64,000 bases of DNA from Alkalispirochaeta sp. (GCA_965242725.1 CBDESZ010000023.1:1-64000); one strand, 5' to 3'. Positions 29,048 through 39,841 are shown, counted from the first letter of the stretch. A program made the numbers and translations. Notes: a model not told the origin generated them from the sequence alone.

Positions 29048-31594
29048 CTATTTCTTTGCGTCTATAATCGCCTTCACGTCGTCCAGCTGAAGTTTTTCAA
29101 TCGCCTCCGGTGAACGCAGCTCCTCCGGGAGGGAGACGTTTTTCGTGCCCGCTTTAATGTAGGGACCGTATTTGCCGTCGTATATGGCGATTCGCCGTTT
29201 CTTTGCGGGATCCTCGCCGAAATCCTTCAGGATTTTCGCCCCTCCCCGGCGTCCCTTCTTCTCTTCCGCCAGCAGTTCAAGTGCCCGGTCGAGACTGACG
29301 GTATAAACGTCGTCATCCTTCTTGAGGGAGCGATATTCCCCGTCGCACACGACAAAGGGACCGAAGCGCCCGATGTTTGCAACCACATCGTGGTTGCTTT
29401 CCGGATGCTGACCAAGAGTGCGGGGAAGGCTCAGGAGTTTTACCGCCAGGTCGACGGTCACTTCGCTTGGCCGTACGCCCTTGGGAAGGCTGGCCCGTTT
29501 GGGTTTGCTTCCGTCCTCGGGAGTTTCGCCGAGCTGAAGGTATGGTCCGTACCGTCCTGTCAGACAATAGATATTCCTGCCGTCTTCCGGATGTCTGCCG
29601 ATCGGCTCGGGCCCCTTCTTCTGAACCTGAATCAGCTCGTGAATGTCACTTTCAGTGAGGTCCGCCGGTGCATACTCCTCCGGTATGGACGCATGTATTT
29701 CCTCGCCGTCTTCATGATGAACGATGTATGCGCCGTACCGTCCTATTTTCACGGACTGGTGTTCCGAAAGCTGGGGGAGCGCGATGCTTCGGGACTCTTC
29801 CGGCTTGATTTCACTTTCACGCCGGTCGACGCGTTCCTTCAGTCCGCTCTCTCCGAGGTAGAAACTCTTGAGATAAGCCAGAGAATCCTTCTCACCCACG
29901 GCAATTTCATCAAGAGCCGCCTCCATGTCACTGGTGAAGGTATATTCAATCAATTCCTGAAAATGATTTTCCAGCAGCTCCACCACCGCCATACCCGTGA
30001 AGGTGGGAACCAGGCTGCGATCCTGTCGCCGGATATAATTACGCTCGTAGAGGGTATTGATGATGGACGCATAGGTCGACGGTCTGCCGATGCCCTCCTT
30101 TTCCAGCCGCTGGACCAGGGATGCCTCGGTAAAACGGGCGGGAGGTTTTGTTTCATGTTTTTCCGCGTCAAGCTGCGCCACCTCAAGGGAGTCGCCTGAT
30201 TCCAGGGACGGCAGGAGAACCTCTTTGTCTTCGAGAGCCGCTTCGGGATTGTCCTTCCCCTCGACGTAGACACGCAGAAACCCGGGGAAAACAATTCTAT
30301 TGCCGTTTGCGGTGAAGACCGCGTCCCCGGCGGTTATCTTGACGGCGAGGGAACGTTTCCTGGCGTCCGCCATTTGACTCGCCACCGTACGTTTCCAGAT
30401 GAGCTCGTATAGTGAACGCTCCCGACCGGTCAGTCCCGTATCATCAGGATGGCGGAATTCCGTTCCCGCCGGTCTGATCGCCTCGTGCGCCTCCTGGGCA
30501 TCTTTTGAGGAAGACGAAAACTGGCGGGGCGTTTCGGAGAGGTACTCCTCTCCGTAGAGCCCTTCGATCTGTTTACGCGCTCCGGAAATCGCCTCGGAGG
30601 AGAGGGTCGGGCTATCGGTCCTCATGTAGGTGATGAATCCTTCTTCATAGAGACGTTGAGCCGTTCGCATCGTCTCCCTGGCGCTGAGACCGAGCTTGCG
30701 ATTTCCCTCCTGCTGCAGCGTGGAGGTTATAAAGGGCGGCGCCGGACGATTTGTGATATCCCGGGAGGTGAGGTCACTCACGACCCACCGGGTGCGGGCA
30801 AGCGCTTCCCGCAGTTCCGCCGCCTGGTCGGCGGTTATGAGCACTGCGTTCCCGTTTTTCAGCGTTCCTTTCAGGGGGTCGAAATCCTTCCCTCCTGCAA
30901 CGCGCTGTCCTTTGTATTCCGTCAGCCGAGCTTCAAAAGAGGGTGTCTCATGCGGCTTCTCAAGCCGCGCCAGGAGATCCCAGTACACTGCCGCTTTAAA
31001 GGTGATGCGTTCCCGCTCGCGGTCGACGATCATCCGCAGGCCCGGCGACTGGACACGACCCGCGGACAACCCGTAGGCGATTTTTTTCCATATGAGGGGT
31101 GAAAGAGTGTATCCATACAGGCGGTCGAGGATGCGCCGTGTTTCCTGTGCCCTGACCAGCTTGAGATCCACCGAACGATGGTGGTCAAGGGCGTTTTGAA
31201 TCGCACCTTTCGTTATTTCGTGAAAGACAAGGCGACGTACCGGCACCTTGGGTTTCAATACCTCCAGGAGATGCCAGGAAATACTCTCTCCTTCCCTGTC
31301 TTCATCAGTGGCCAGGTAGAGTACATCCGCCTCCTTCAGCTGTTCCTTCAGGTGGCGTATCACCTTGTTCTTGCCTTTGGGCGTGACATAGAGAGGCGCA
31401 AAATCATCATCCACATTGATGCCGATACGTGCCCAGTCTTCTTTCTTGTACCTGGCGGGTATTTCCGATGCGGACTGCGGGAGATCCCGGACGTGTCCGA
31501 TACTTGCCTCAACCACAAAGTTTTTTGGTAGAAAACGCTTTATTGTCCGCGCCTTCGTTGGAGACTCAACTATTACCAATGCCGTATCTGCCAT
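29048..31594 (-). CDS. topA: DNA topoisomerase I with C-terminal GRYGPY-type repeats
   Basis: VIVESPTK, ATDEDREGE, SAGRVQS, ITYMRTD, GIGRPSTY. Confidence 0.96.
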   Translation of the reverse strand: MADTALVIVESPTKARTIKRFLPKNFVVEASIGHVRDLPQSASEIPARYKKEDWARIGINVDDDFAPLYVTPKGKNKVIRHLKEQLKEADVLYLATDEDREGESISWHLLEVLKPKVPVRRLVFHEITKGAIQNALDHHRSVDLKLVRAQETRRILDRLYGYTLSPLIWKKIAYGLSAGRVQSPGLRMIVDRERERITFKAAVYWDLLARLEKPHETPSFEARLTEYKGQRVAGGKDFDPLKGTLKNGNAVLITADQAAELREALARTRWVVSDLTSRDITNRPAPPFITSTLQQEGNRKLGLSARETMRTAQRLYEEGFITYMRTDSPTLSSEAISGARKQIEGLYGEEYLSETPRQFSSSSKDAQEAHEAIRPAGTEFRHPDDTGLTGRERSLYELIWKRTVASQMADARKRSLAVKITAGDAVFTANGNRIVFPGFLRVYVEGKDNPEAALEDKEVLLPSLESGDSLEVAQLDAEKHETKPPARFTEASLVQRLEKEGIGRPSTYASIINTLYERNYIRRQDRSLVPTFTGMAVVELLENHFQELIEYTFTSDMEAALDEIAVGEKDSLAYLKSFYLGESGLKERVDRRESEIKPEESRSIALPQLSEHQSVKIGRYGAYIVHHEDGEEIHASIPEEYAPADLTESDIHELIQVQKKGPEPIGRHPEDGRNIYCLTGRYGPYLQLGETPEDGSKPKRASLPKGVRPSEVTVDLAVKLLSLPRTLGQHPESNHDVVANIGRFGPFVVCDGEYRSLKKDDDVYTVSLDRALELLAEEKKGRRGGAKILKDFGEDPAKKRRIAIYDGKYGPYIKAGTKNVSLPEELRSPEAIEKLQLDDVKAIIDAKK

Positions 31595-31781
31595 GCAGTA
31601 TCTTTCCTCTCGCCCTGATACGAAAATAGCGGCGTCAGCCCGCAGTTTTTGTATATTTCGGGTGCCGCAACGCGACATACGAATCTCATTCCCGAATGCT
31701 CCGAATGTTTATTGATCTTACCGGATTCGTCAAGCTTGCCCTTTTTCACGATTGTGAGGTACTATCACCGGCGGAGACCAT

Positions 31782-31994
31782 ATGGCGATACCCCTCGATA
31801 AATTATTGGAAGACAGTAGAAATACATACCAGGTTACCTCCGCGATAATCCGTCGCGCCCACCAGATCGGTGAAATCCGTCGCGCCTTCAGTTCAGATGA
31901 ACATGGAAGTGTCAGCGAAGATGGAGACAAAGTCGTTTCTCAGGCGATCGCGGAAATTATTAACGACGACGTCCATTTCGAGCTTGCTGAATAG
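31782..31994 (+). CDS. rpoZ: RNA polymerase omega subunit
   Basis: 70 aa; NTYQVTSAIIRRAHQI...KVVSQAIAEI; next to miaA as in spirochaetes. Confidence 0.75.
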   Translation: MAIPLDKLLEDSRNTYQVTSAIIRRAHQIGEIRRAFSSDEHGSVSEDGDKVVSQAIAEIINDDVHFELAE

Positions 31995-32974
31995 CGCTGA
32001 ACCGCATTCTACCGTACAGCCGATCGTTCTCTTTGGTGCAACCGCGACGGGAAAGTCTGCCGCAATTGCGCACCTCGTAGACGATCTCAGACAACACCGG
32101 TTTGAACTCATCTCTGCCGATTCCCGACAGGTCTATAGAGGCTTTGATATCGGCACGGCAAAGCCGCAGGGAGCGGAACGGCAGCGTCTGACGCATCATC
32201 TCATCGACGTCGCCGATGGACATGAACACTTTGATGTGGGACGGTTTGTTCTTTCCTGTGACGAATTGGTTGCCGACATCACCCGTCGCGGCGGCGTTCC
32301 CCTCATTTCCGGGGGAACCGCGTTCTACCTACAGCGCTACCTCTTTGGACTGCCCTCCACGCCGGCGGCGCTGCCCGGGGTGCGTGCGGAACTGGAGGAG
32401 CGACTCCGACGGGAGGGGCTCGCCGCGCTCAGGCGGGAACTCCACGACGTCGATCCCGTGTCCGAAGGGCGTATCGGCGCCAATGACGCATACCGTGTTC
32501 TGCGGGCACTTGAAGTCTACAGGAGTACGGGAACACCTCTGTCGTCTTATGACATTCCCGACAGCGTCCGGTCACACATACGCCCCCCTGATCGTCGGTC
32601 TCTACCGGGATCGCGGGGAACTCTATCGGCGCATCAATGAACGGGTGCGGACCATGGTTGAACAAGGACTGGTCGGGGAGGTGGAAGGTCTTCTTGCCCG
32701 GGGACACAACCCCGATGAACCTGCCTTCCGGAGCATCGGATACCGTGAGTTTGTCGACCATGGAGGATCACCCCCATGGTCCCCTGAACAGCTGCGGCGT
32801 ATTGAGGAAGACATCGCAAAAAACACGCGGCGCTATGCAAAACGGCAGGAACTTTTTTTTCGGCGCCTCCCCGACGTGGTATGGATTCACGCCGATGAAA
32901 TCGATAGAATAGTGGAGGTCGTGCGACGGTGGCTCGCCGGTACGCCGATCGGGACGGCAGAAAGAAATCCTTGA
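31984..32974 (+). CDS. miaA: tRNA dimethylallyltransferase; apparent +1 frameshift in the C6 run at 32583-32588
   Basis: GATATGKS, ISADSRQVY, DIGTAKP, GGTAFY; continues in another frame as LYRRINERV, SIGYRE, TRRYAKRQ. Confidence 0.92.
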
Positions 32975-33028
32975 CAGGCTGCCGCCCAATTTGCATACTA
33001 CTGTCCCAATTTGACAAAGGAGATTAAT

Positions 33029-33124
33029 GTGCCCTGCGGACGAAAACGAAAACGCAAAAAAATAGCAACCCACAAACGGAAGAAAAAACTGCGGAAGAAC
33101 CGTCACAAGAAGAGAAACCGCTAA
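33029..33124 (+). CDS. 30S ribosomal protein bS22 (AURKAIP1/COX24, DUF1713 family), 31 aa
   Basis: GTG start after SD AAGGAG; MPCGRKRKRKKIATHKRKKKLRKNRHKKRNR; upstream TTGACA(32971)-17-CATACT. Confidence 0.88.
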   Translation: MPCGRKRKRKKIATHKRKKKLRKNRHKKRNR

Positions 33125-33258
33125 CCCTTTCTTTTCATAACGGTCTGTAACAAAAGGAATCATGAGCGTGTGCGTTCATGATTCCTTTTTTATGGTCATC
33201 AGGCGGAAGATCGCTATCAAAAAGTCCGTCCTCTGTTGTACAATGCCCAACAAGGCGA

Positions 33259-34077
33259 ATGGTGATGACTGCATTGCAGGACTTTGGATTTGTACAACAG
33301 ATAGTAATTCCGGCTCTGGATGTCCTGCTTCTGAGTTTCCTTATCTACAGGGGTTATCAGATACTCGTACAGACACGGGCGGTACAGCTTGTCCGTGGAG
33401 CCCTCTTTCTCGGCGTTCTCTACGCGGTATCGTTTTTTCTCAACCTCTCCACCGTTCTGTGGATCATCAACCTTCTTGCTCCCAGTTTTGTTATCGGTAT
33501 CGCGATTATCTTTCAGCCTGAGCTGAGAAAGATATTTACCCGAATCGGACAGGGGACCTGGCTGCGTCTCAGCGGTGGTGCACAACCGGCACAGATCGAT
33601 GCGGTTATGAGCGCGGCCGAGGTACTTTCCTATCGGAAGCGCGGCGCCCTTATCGTATTTACCCGCTCGGTGGGGCAGAAAAACATAATTGAGACCGGTA
33701 CCTCCATCGATGCGGAGGTATCTTCTGCGCTGATTTTGACAATTTTCAGCCACGACACCGAGCTCCACGACGGCGCCGTTGTTGTTGAAAACGGACGAAT
33801 CGTTTCGGCGGGCTGTTTCTTGCCGCTGTCGGAGCAAATGGACGTGAGGCGGAGTTTTGGTACCCGTCATCGCGCCGCCCTCGGACTCGTCGAGGAGAGC
33901 GATGCCATCGTGCTGGTCGTCAGTGAAGAGACGGGAGCGATGTCTCTCGCCTACGATTCCAACCTCTATTACGACCTGAGCAGCGACGAAATTCGCGATC
34001 GTCTCTCTGACCTCCTCGATGTAGGGGAGCGCAGCACCGGAGACGCGGGGGAGGAGGTTGCCGACCTTGCAGATTAG
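33259..34077 (+). CDS. cdaA: Diadenylate cyclase
   Basis: N-terminal TM segments; IFQPELR, HDGA, GTRHRAA, VSEETG; start codon approximate. Confidence 0.93.
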   Translation: MVMTALQDFGFVQQIVIPALDVLLLSFLIYRGYQILVQTRAVQLVRGALFLGVLYAVSFFLNLSTVLWIINLLAPSFVIGIAIIFQPELRKIFTRIGQGTWLRLSGGAQPAQIDAVMSAAEVLSYRKRGALIVFTRSVGQKNIIETGTSIDAEVSSALILTIFSHDTELHDGAVVVENGRIVSAGCFLPLSEQMDVRRSFGTRHRAALGLVEESDAIVLVVSEETGAMSLAYDSNLYYDLSSDEIRDRLSDLLDVGERSTGDAGEEVADLAD

Positions 34078-35011
34078 GAATGTTCTCAATCGGGCATTTC
34101 GTAACTGGCCGGCAAAGATACTGTCCCTCGGGGCGGCGGTATTGCTGCTCGTCTTTCACGACATTACCCGCCTGGAGGAACGCTTCATTACGGTCCCTCT
34201 GGAGCTGGAGTTGAGCGCCCGCTTTGTACCTGCCTCCTCCTATCCCCGTCAGGTTCGACTACAGATACGGGGAGAGTCGGAGCAGGTATTCCGCGTAGTA
34301 GATGAGGATTTTCGCGCCTACCTTGACCTGAGGCGCTTTTCCGCCGACGGGGAGTACACCGTTCCCGTTCAGGTGGAACGAGGCGGCGCCGCGATGGAAA
34401 CGGGGACCCTCGAGGTCATCCCGGAGCCCGATTCGGTCGTCGTCCAACTGGAGGAAAAGCTTCAGAAGAGTCTGGAAGTGGTGCCCAGGACGAGCGGATT
34501 TCCCCCTACCGGGTATGAGCTGGTGCAGTTACTCATGACTCCCTCTTCGGTGGAAGTTGAAGGACCGCGCAGTACCCTTGAAAACATCACCGAGGTCTCC
34601 ACGGAGGATGTTGATCTTTCAAACAGGCGTGAAGATTTTACGGAGCGGATTCGACTGGTCCCGCCGGACCCCCTTGTTCTCTTTCCCGGCGGTGATATCG
34701 TGGAAATAAGGGGGATCATCGAAGAGGCTGTTGTGCTGCAGACATTTGAACCGGTGGAACTCATCGTCACGGGACTTCCGACGGGACTCCGTATCGATCA
34801 GGATCTTCCCGCAGGTGTCATTCGCGTGCAGGCGCGTCAGATCGATGTTGAAGGGGTAGGCCCGGGCGATCTGCAGCTGGCCGTGGACGCATCGTCCATT
34901 AGTGAGACGGGAACGATACGCCTGCCGGTCCGTCCCGTCGTACCGCCCGGATTTGTGGTACTGCGCTACGAGCCGACGTCGGTACAGCTCAGCGTGCAGG
35001 AGCAGGAATGA
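34058..35011 (+). CDS. cdaR: CdaA regulator with YbbR domains
   Basis: NWPAKILSL TM anchor, YbbR-like repeats, directly after cdaA. Confidence 0.85.
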   Translation: MPTLQIRNVLNRAFRNWPAKILSLGAAVLLLVFHDITRLEERFITVPLELELSARFVPASSYPRQVRLQIRGESEQVFRVVDEDFRAYLDLRRFSADGEYTVPVQVERGGAAMETGTLEVIPEPDSVVVQLEEKLQKSLEVVPRTSGFPPTGYELVQLLMTPSSVEVEGPRSTLENITEVSTEDVDLSNRREDFTERIRLVPPDPLVLFPGGDIVEIRGIIEEAVVLQTFEPVELIVTGLPTGLRIDQDLPAGVIRVQARQIDVEGVGPGDLQLAVDASSISETGTIRLPVRPVVPPGFVVLRYEPTSVQLSVQEQE

Positions 35012-35379
35012 TCCGTGGCATAGGAATCGACGTGGTTGCCGTTGACAGGATGCGTCGGTGGCTCGAAGACGAGACGCTGCTGCGGCGCTATTTTGCCGAC
35101 CGTGAACGGGAAGCGATATACGCCCGGCGGGACGGCGCCGCCCTTTCCCTGGCTGCACGATTTGCCGCCAAGGAAGCCTATGCAAAGGCGCTGGGTACCG
35201 GGTTTCGCGGTTTTGGGCTCCGGGATGTGTGGGTCGTGAACGACGCGCTGGGGAAACCGGAACTCCACGTAACCGGCGCGGCGGAGCAGGCGCTGCACCG
35301 GATCGGTGGAAGCAAACTGTGGCTTTCCCTGACCCACGAACAGGAACATGCGATCGCGATGGTGGTCATTGAGGGCTGA
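35008..35379 (+). CDS. acpS: Holo-ACP synthase
   Basis: GIGIDVV, ARFAAKEAYAKALGTG, SLTHE. Confidence 0.95.
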   Translation: MIRGIGIDVVAVDRMRRWLEDETLLRRYFADREREAIYARRDGAALSLAARFAAKEAYAKALGTGFRGFGLRDVWVVNDALGKPELHVTGAAEQALHRIGGSKLWLSLTHEQEHAIAMVVIEG

Positions 35380-35414
35380 GAGCAGCGTCAACTTGAATAT
35401 GAGGGAGTGAGACA

Positions 35415-36272
35415 ATGGCGGCGTCCCTGACGTTTTTTTCAAAGAAATCGATCACCTGTCCCGTCTGCGATGAAAAGGTCTATCGAGAAGAGATGAGGAC
35501 CGGACGGGGGAGACAGATCGCCGGTCATCTGACACGGGAGTTGCGGCGCAACTATGAGTCGTCAAAGCAGTACGGGGACGTCTATCCCCTGATCTATCCC
35601 GTGACGGTCTGTCCATCCTGTTACTATGCGGCCTTTCATGATGATTTCCTTGAAGTCCCCGAAGATATCCTGTCCCGACTGAGTGACGAGACTGAAAAAC
35701 GATCAGACGCGGTGGCGGGCATTTTCCCGGATCTGGATTTTTTTGACTCCCGGGGTCTGAAAGAAGGGGTGGCCAGCTACATCTTTGCCACCTTCTGCTA
35801 TGAACACTTTCCCAAGCAGTTCTCGCCGCTCTTCAAGTGCGGACTCAGTCAGCTGCGGGCCGCGTGGTTGTGCAACGATTTACATCGGAATCGACCGACC
35901 GAGAACTTCGACTATCTGGCGGCCGTCTTTTACCGCAAGGCGCGTTACTACTACAGCCGCGCCGTGGAGGGGGAGCAGGACGGAAGTCAGCCGTTGTCGG
36001 GGGCTCCCAACCTGGGCCCGGACATTGACAAGAACTACGGATATGACGGCGTCCTCTACCTGAGCGGTCTCCTTGAGTTTCAGTACGGACCCCGTTCCGA
36101 CCCGGAAAAACGTGCCCACGCCCTTCAACGGGCAAAGCGGACGGTTGCACGGATATTCGGTATGGGAAAAGCGAGCAAGAACAAACCGGCGGCAATCCTC
36201 GACAACGCCCGTGAAGTCTATGATGCCATCAGCAGAGAACTCGGCGACGGCGAAACCGCACCGGAGGAGTAA
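35415..36272 (+). CDS. DUF2225 family protein
   Basis: CPVC and VCPSCYYAA zinc motifs, LRAAWL; acpS-DUF2225-truA order. Confidence 0.8.
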   Translation: MAASLTFFSKKSITCPVCDEKVYREEMRTGRGRQIAGHLTRELRRNYESSKQYGDVYPLIYPVTVCPSCYYAAFHDDFLEVPEDILSRLSDETEKRSDAVAGIFPDLDFFDSRGLKEGVASYIFATFCYEHFPKQFSPLFKCGLSQLRAAWLCNDLHRNRPTENFDYLAAVFYRKARYYYSRAVEGEQDGSQPLSGAPNLGPDIDKNYGYDGVLYLSGLLEFQYGPRSDPEKRAHALQRAKRTVARIFGMGKASKNKPAAILDNAREVYDAISRELGDGETAPEE

Positions 36273-37027
36273 TGCGCACACTTCTCATTCGTCTTGCCTA
36301 CGACGGAACAAATTTCGCCGGATATCAGCGCCAAAAGGCGGACCGGACCGTCCAGAGTGAACTGGAAGGGGCACTGGAAGACCTTCACGGCCATCCCGTG
36401 CAGACTGCCGTTGCGGGGAGAACCGACTCCGGAGTTCACGCCGTCGGGCAGTACGTCTCATTTGTGACCGACAGAGACCGGATTTCCCTCGACGACTTTC
36501 CCGGCGCCCTCAACAGTCGACTTCCCCGGGATGTTCGGGTAACCTCGGCGCGACACGTCCCGGACGATTTTCACGCCCGATTCAGCGCCCGGTCACGGCA
36601 CTACCGCTATCACATCGTCATCGGAGCGTACACGCTGCCCCATATGCGCGCATATGCGTGGCGGATACCGGAAATGCCCGCAGTGGACCGGCTGAATCGG
36701 GAGGCGGCGGCGTTTGTGGGAACCCACGACTTCACCACCTTCGCGGCGCGACGAAAAGACCAGGGCACGATGGTGAGAACCGTCCGCTACGCCCACTGGC
36801 GTTCCCGGGGGGAGACGCTCGAGTTTTCAATCGGTGCCGACGGCTTCCTGTGGCGCATGGTGCGTTCGATCGTGGGCACGCTGATAGAACGGGAACGACT
36901 GAGGCTGCGCGGTGAAGAGCCGGACGGGACTGTCGCGGAGCTGCTGAAAGCGGGGAGACGGGAGCTTTCGGGAACGACGGCGCCCGCCTGGGGGCTGTTC
37001 CTTCACGATGTGGAGTATGAGGTGTAA
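36272..37027 (+). CDS. truA: tRNA pseudouridine(38-40) synthase
   Basis: AYDGTNFAGYQ, AGRTDSGVHA, FHARFSA, FLWRMVR. Confidence 0.95.
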   Translation: MRTLLIRLAYDGTNFAGYQRQKADRTVQSELEGALEDLHGHPVQTAVAGRTDSGVHAVGQYVSFVTDRDRISLDDFPGALNSRLPRDVRVTSARHVPDDFHARFSARSRHYRYHIVIGAYTLPHMRAYAWRIPEMPAVDRLNREAAAFVGTHDFTTFAARRKDQGTMVRTVRYAHWRSRGETLEFSIGADGFLWRMVRSIVGTLIERERLRLRGEEPDGTVAELLKAGRRELSGTTAPAWGLFLHDVEYEV

Positions 37028-37830
37028 TGAGAGACGAACGGATCGGCAGACTTTACGATGTACTTAACGATATCGCCCAGGCCATCAGGCCGGGGGAGGA
37101 GCGTTCCGGATACGATGAGGAACTGACTGAGTTTCTCGGTCGTTTTGACCCGGGTGACGAGGAAGCCCCCCGAATTGCGGAATCTGCCGCCCATTCCGTT
37201 GATTCCTCCCATTCCGTCGATTCCGGAGAAGGGCAACCACAATCACCTGAGGAACGGCTGCATCGCCTGGATGAACTGGCCCGGGAAATTCGGGAATGTA
37301 CCAAATGTCCCCTTTCCCTCGGCCGGACCAATGCCGTTCCCGGCGAGGGAGTGCTCGATCCGCTGGTCATGATCGTCGGTGAAGGGCCGGGGGCCCAGGA
37401 AGACGCGGAGGGAAGCCCCTTTGTGGGACGGGCCGGCCAGTATCTCGACAAGTGGCTTGAGGCGATCGGACTCTCCCGGGACAAAAACGTATTCATCGCC
37501 AACGTCGTAAAGTGCCGTCCCCCCAACAACCGCGATCCGAAACCGGAAGAGAGTGATCTGTGCCTTCCCTACCTGGCCGAGCAGATCTCCATCGTCCGAC
37601 CGCGTCTCATCGTGACGGTGGGTCGGATCAGTACACGCATTCTCACCGGAACGTCCAAGGGCATTACCCGTATTCACGGGACCTTTTACCACTATCAGGG
37701 CATCCCCCTGGTTCCCACCTTTCATCCAAGCGGCGTGTTACGCAATCCCGCGTGGCGACGACCCGTGTGGGAGGATCTGAAGTCGATACGGAACTGGCTC
37801 ATAGACAACGCCGGTCACACGGCGGATTGA
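37027..37830 (+). CDS. Uracil-DNA glycosylase family 4
   Basis: CTKCPL, GEGPG..ED, PFVGRAG, NVVKCRPP, TFHPS. Confidence 0.92.
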   Translation: MRDERIGRLYDVLNDIAQAIRPGEERSGYDEELTEFLGRFDPGDEEAPRIAESAAHSVDSSHSVDSGEGQPQSPEERLHRLDELAREIRECTKCPLSLGRTNAVPGEGVLDPLVMIVGEGPGAQEDAEGSPFVGRAGQYLDKWLEAIGLSRDKNVFIANVVKCRPPNNRDPKPEESDLCLPYLAEQISIVRPRLIVTVGRISTRILTGTSKGITRIHGTFYHYQGIPLVPTFHPSGVLRNPAWRRPVWEDLKSIRNWLIDNAGHTAD

Positions 37831-37836
37831 CCGTTC

Positions 37837-39828
37837 ATGAATAACAGTCGGGTGGTACAGGTCGCCGTTCCCGTCCCCGTGGACAACACCTTCTCCTACG
37901 CGGTACCGGAGGAAATGGAGGACGTTCCCTTCGGCGTACGGGTCATCGTTCCCTTCGGACGGCGTACGGTGACGGGTGTTGTCGTCGGGTTTGGCGACGA
38001 AAACCGCCCTGTCGAGGAAATGAAGGATATCTCCCGGGTGCTGGACGAGGAACCGCTCTTTGACGAGAGTTACCTTGACCTGGCGAGATGGGTTTCCCGC
38101 AGCTATGTGAGCCCCCTGGGAGAGGTTCTCTCCTCGATGCTGCCGAGCGCGAGAAAAAAGCGGGAGCTCCCTGAGGGGACGGGAGACGAACCGGAGGTGG
38201 TTCCTGAACGAATCATCCTCTCTGAAGAACAGGAGCGAGCCATATCCGCCGTTTCACGGGAGGTACAGCCCGGGGAGGAAGGGTGGTACTATCTCTACGG
38301 CATCACCGGGAGCGGCAAGACCGAGGTCTTTCTGCGCCTCGCCGAGCGGGTGATCGCGGAAGGCCGCACCGTACTGTACCTCGTCCCGGAGATCGCCCTG
38401 ACGCATCAGCTCTTTGACCACCTGGTCCGCCGCTTTCGCGACAAGGTGGCGATGATTCACTCCGGTCTGACGCCCTCGCAGCGTCTGGGGCAGTGGCAGC
38501 GAATCCGCCGCGGCGACGCCGCACTTGTCGTAGGAGCGCGGAGCGCCGTATTTGCCCCCGTTTCCCGTCTCGGCCTCGTCATCATCGACGAGGAACACGA
38601 GAGTTCCTACAAATCGGGAACCGCCCCGCGGTATCACGCCCGTCAGGTTGCCCTCCATCGGGCGCGGAGCGCCGGCGCCGCCTGTGTCATGGGATCGGCA
38701 ACGCCGTCGGTGGAGGCGTGGCGGCTGATGCAGGAAGGACGATTGCATCGCCTTGAGCTGACCCGCCGATTGTCGGGGGGACGTCTGCCGGTCATTCGGG
38801 TGGAAAACGTCCGGGGTGCGTCGTCTCTGCTGTCACAGCCGCTCAGAGAGGCGCTCCTGGAGACGCACAGCCTCGGTGCCCAGAGCATTCTCTTTTTGAA
38901 CCGCCGGGGATACGCGGGGGTCTTTCAGTGCCGCAGTTGCGGATATCAGACGGAGTGTCCCCGATGTTCGGTCCCGATGACCTACCACAAATCCCGGGGA
39001 CGGCTGGTGTGTCACTATTGCGGGTATCACTCCAGGCCGATGTCTATGTGTCCCGAGTGCGGATCCCTTGACGTCGGATATACGGGATTCGGGACGGAAC
39101 GGATTGAAGAGGACCTGGAACGGGAGCTTCCGGATCTGAGAATCGCCAGGCTCGATACGGACGTTACCGGTACCAGGGGAGCTCTCTCCGACATTCTCCA
39201 CCGCTTCGGTGCAGGCGAACTTGACCTCCTGGTGGGAACGCAAATGGTTGCGAAGGGCCTCAATTTTCCGCGGGTAAAGACAGTGGGAATCGTCCTTGCC
39301 GACACGGGATTGAGCCTTCCAGATTTTCGATCTGCAGAGCGGACCTTTGCCCTTATCGTGCAGGTTGCGGGGCGGGCGGGGCGGTTTCGGACGGACGGTG
39401 AAGTGATCGTCCAGACAATGCGCCCCGAACACCCGGCGATTCAACACGCCGTTCATATGGACATCGACGGGTTCTACCGGGACGAGCTCGCCGTCAGGGA
39501 GGCGCTGCGTTTCCCTCCCTTTTCCCGTCTCTTGCGGCTCGTCGTGCGCTCAGGCAGGCGTGACAGGGGAGAAGAGATGGCGCACTCTCTGGGAAGTCTT
39601 ATTGAAAAAGGGATGGCCCAATGGGGAATCCCTCCGGAATCGGTGGAACTCCTCGGCCCGGCGCCGGCGCCCCTGGAACGAATAAACCGGAACTGGCGGT
39701 TTCAGCTTCTCCTGCGGGGCGAAAAGATCGCCACATTGATTCGCCTTGTCGAGCGGATACGCCCGGAAATGTCAAAAATGACCGGCGTCTACGTGGAGAT
39801 CGATGTAGACCCCGTACAGCTGTTGTAA
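37837..39828 (+). CDS. priA: Primosomal protein N'
   Basis: GITGSGKTE, LVPEIALT, DEEH, four CxxC pairs, QVAGRAGR. Confidence 0.95.
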   Translation: MNNSRVVQVAVPVPVDNTFSYAVPEEMEDVPFGVRVIVPFGRRTVTGVVVGFGDENRPVEEMKDISRVLDEEPLFDESYLDLARWVSRSYVSPLGEVLSSMLPSARKKRELPEGTGDEPEVVPERIILSEEQERAISAVSREVQPGEEGWYYLYGITGSGKTEVFLRLAERVIAEGRTVLYLVPEIALTHQLFDHLVRRFRDKVAMIHSGLTPSQRLGQWQRIRRGDAALVVGARSAVFAPVSRLGLVIIDEEHESSYKSGTAPRYHARQVALHRARSAGAACVMGSATPSVEAWRLMQEGRLHRLELTRRLSGGRLPVIRVENVRGASSLLSQPLREALLETHSLGAQSILFLNRRGYAGVFQCRSCGYQTECPRCSVPMTYHKSRGRLVCHYCGYHSRPMSMCPECGSLDVGYTGFGTERIEEDLERELPDLRIARLDTDVTGTRGALSDILHRFGAGELDLLVGTQMVAKGLNFPRVKTVGIVLADTGLSLPDFRSAERTFALIVQVAGRAGRFRTDGEVIVQTMRPEHPAIQHAVHMDIDGFYRDELAVREALRFPPFSRLLRLVVRSGRRDRGEEMAHSLGSLIEKGMAQWGIPPESVELLGPAPAPLERINRNWRFQLLLRGEKIATLIRLVERIRPEMSKMTGVYVEIDVDPVQLL

Positions 39829-39841
39829 GTACACTGTAGCG

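Noticed and set aside
33259..35379. cdaA-cdaR followed by acpS instead of glmM
   Set aside because: Known spirochaete arrangement; not novel
37190..37225. 18-bp tandem duplication (HSVDSS/HSVDSG) in the UDG N-terminal linker
   Set aside because: Two copies, in frame, in a disordered linker; not an array
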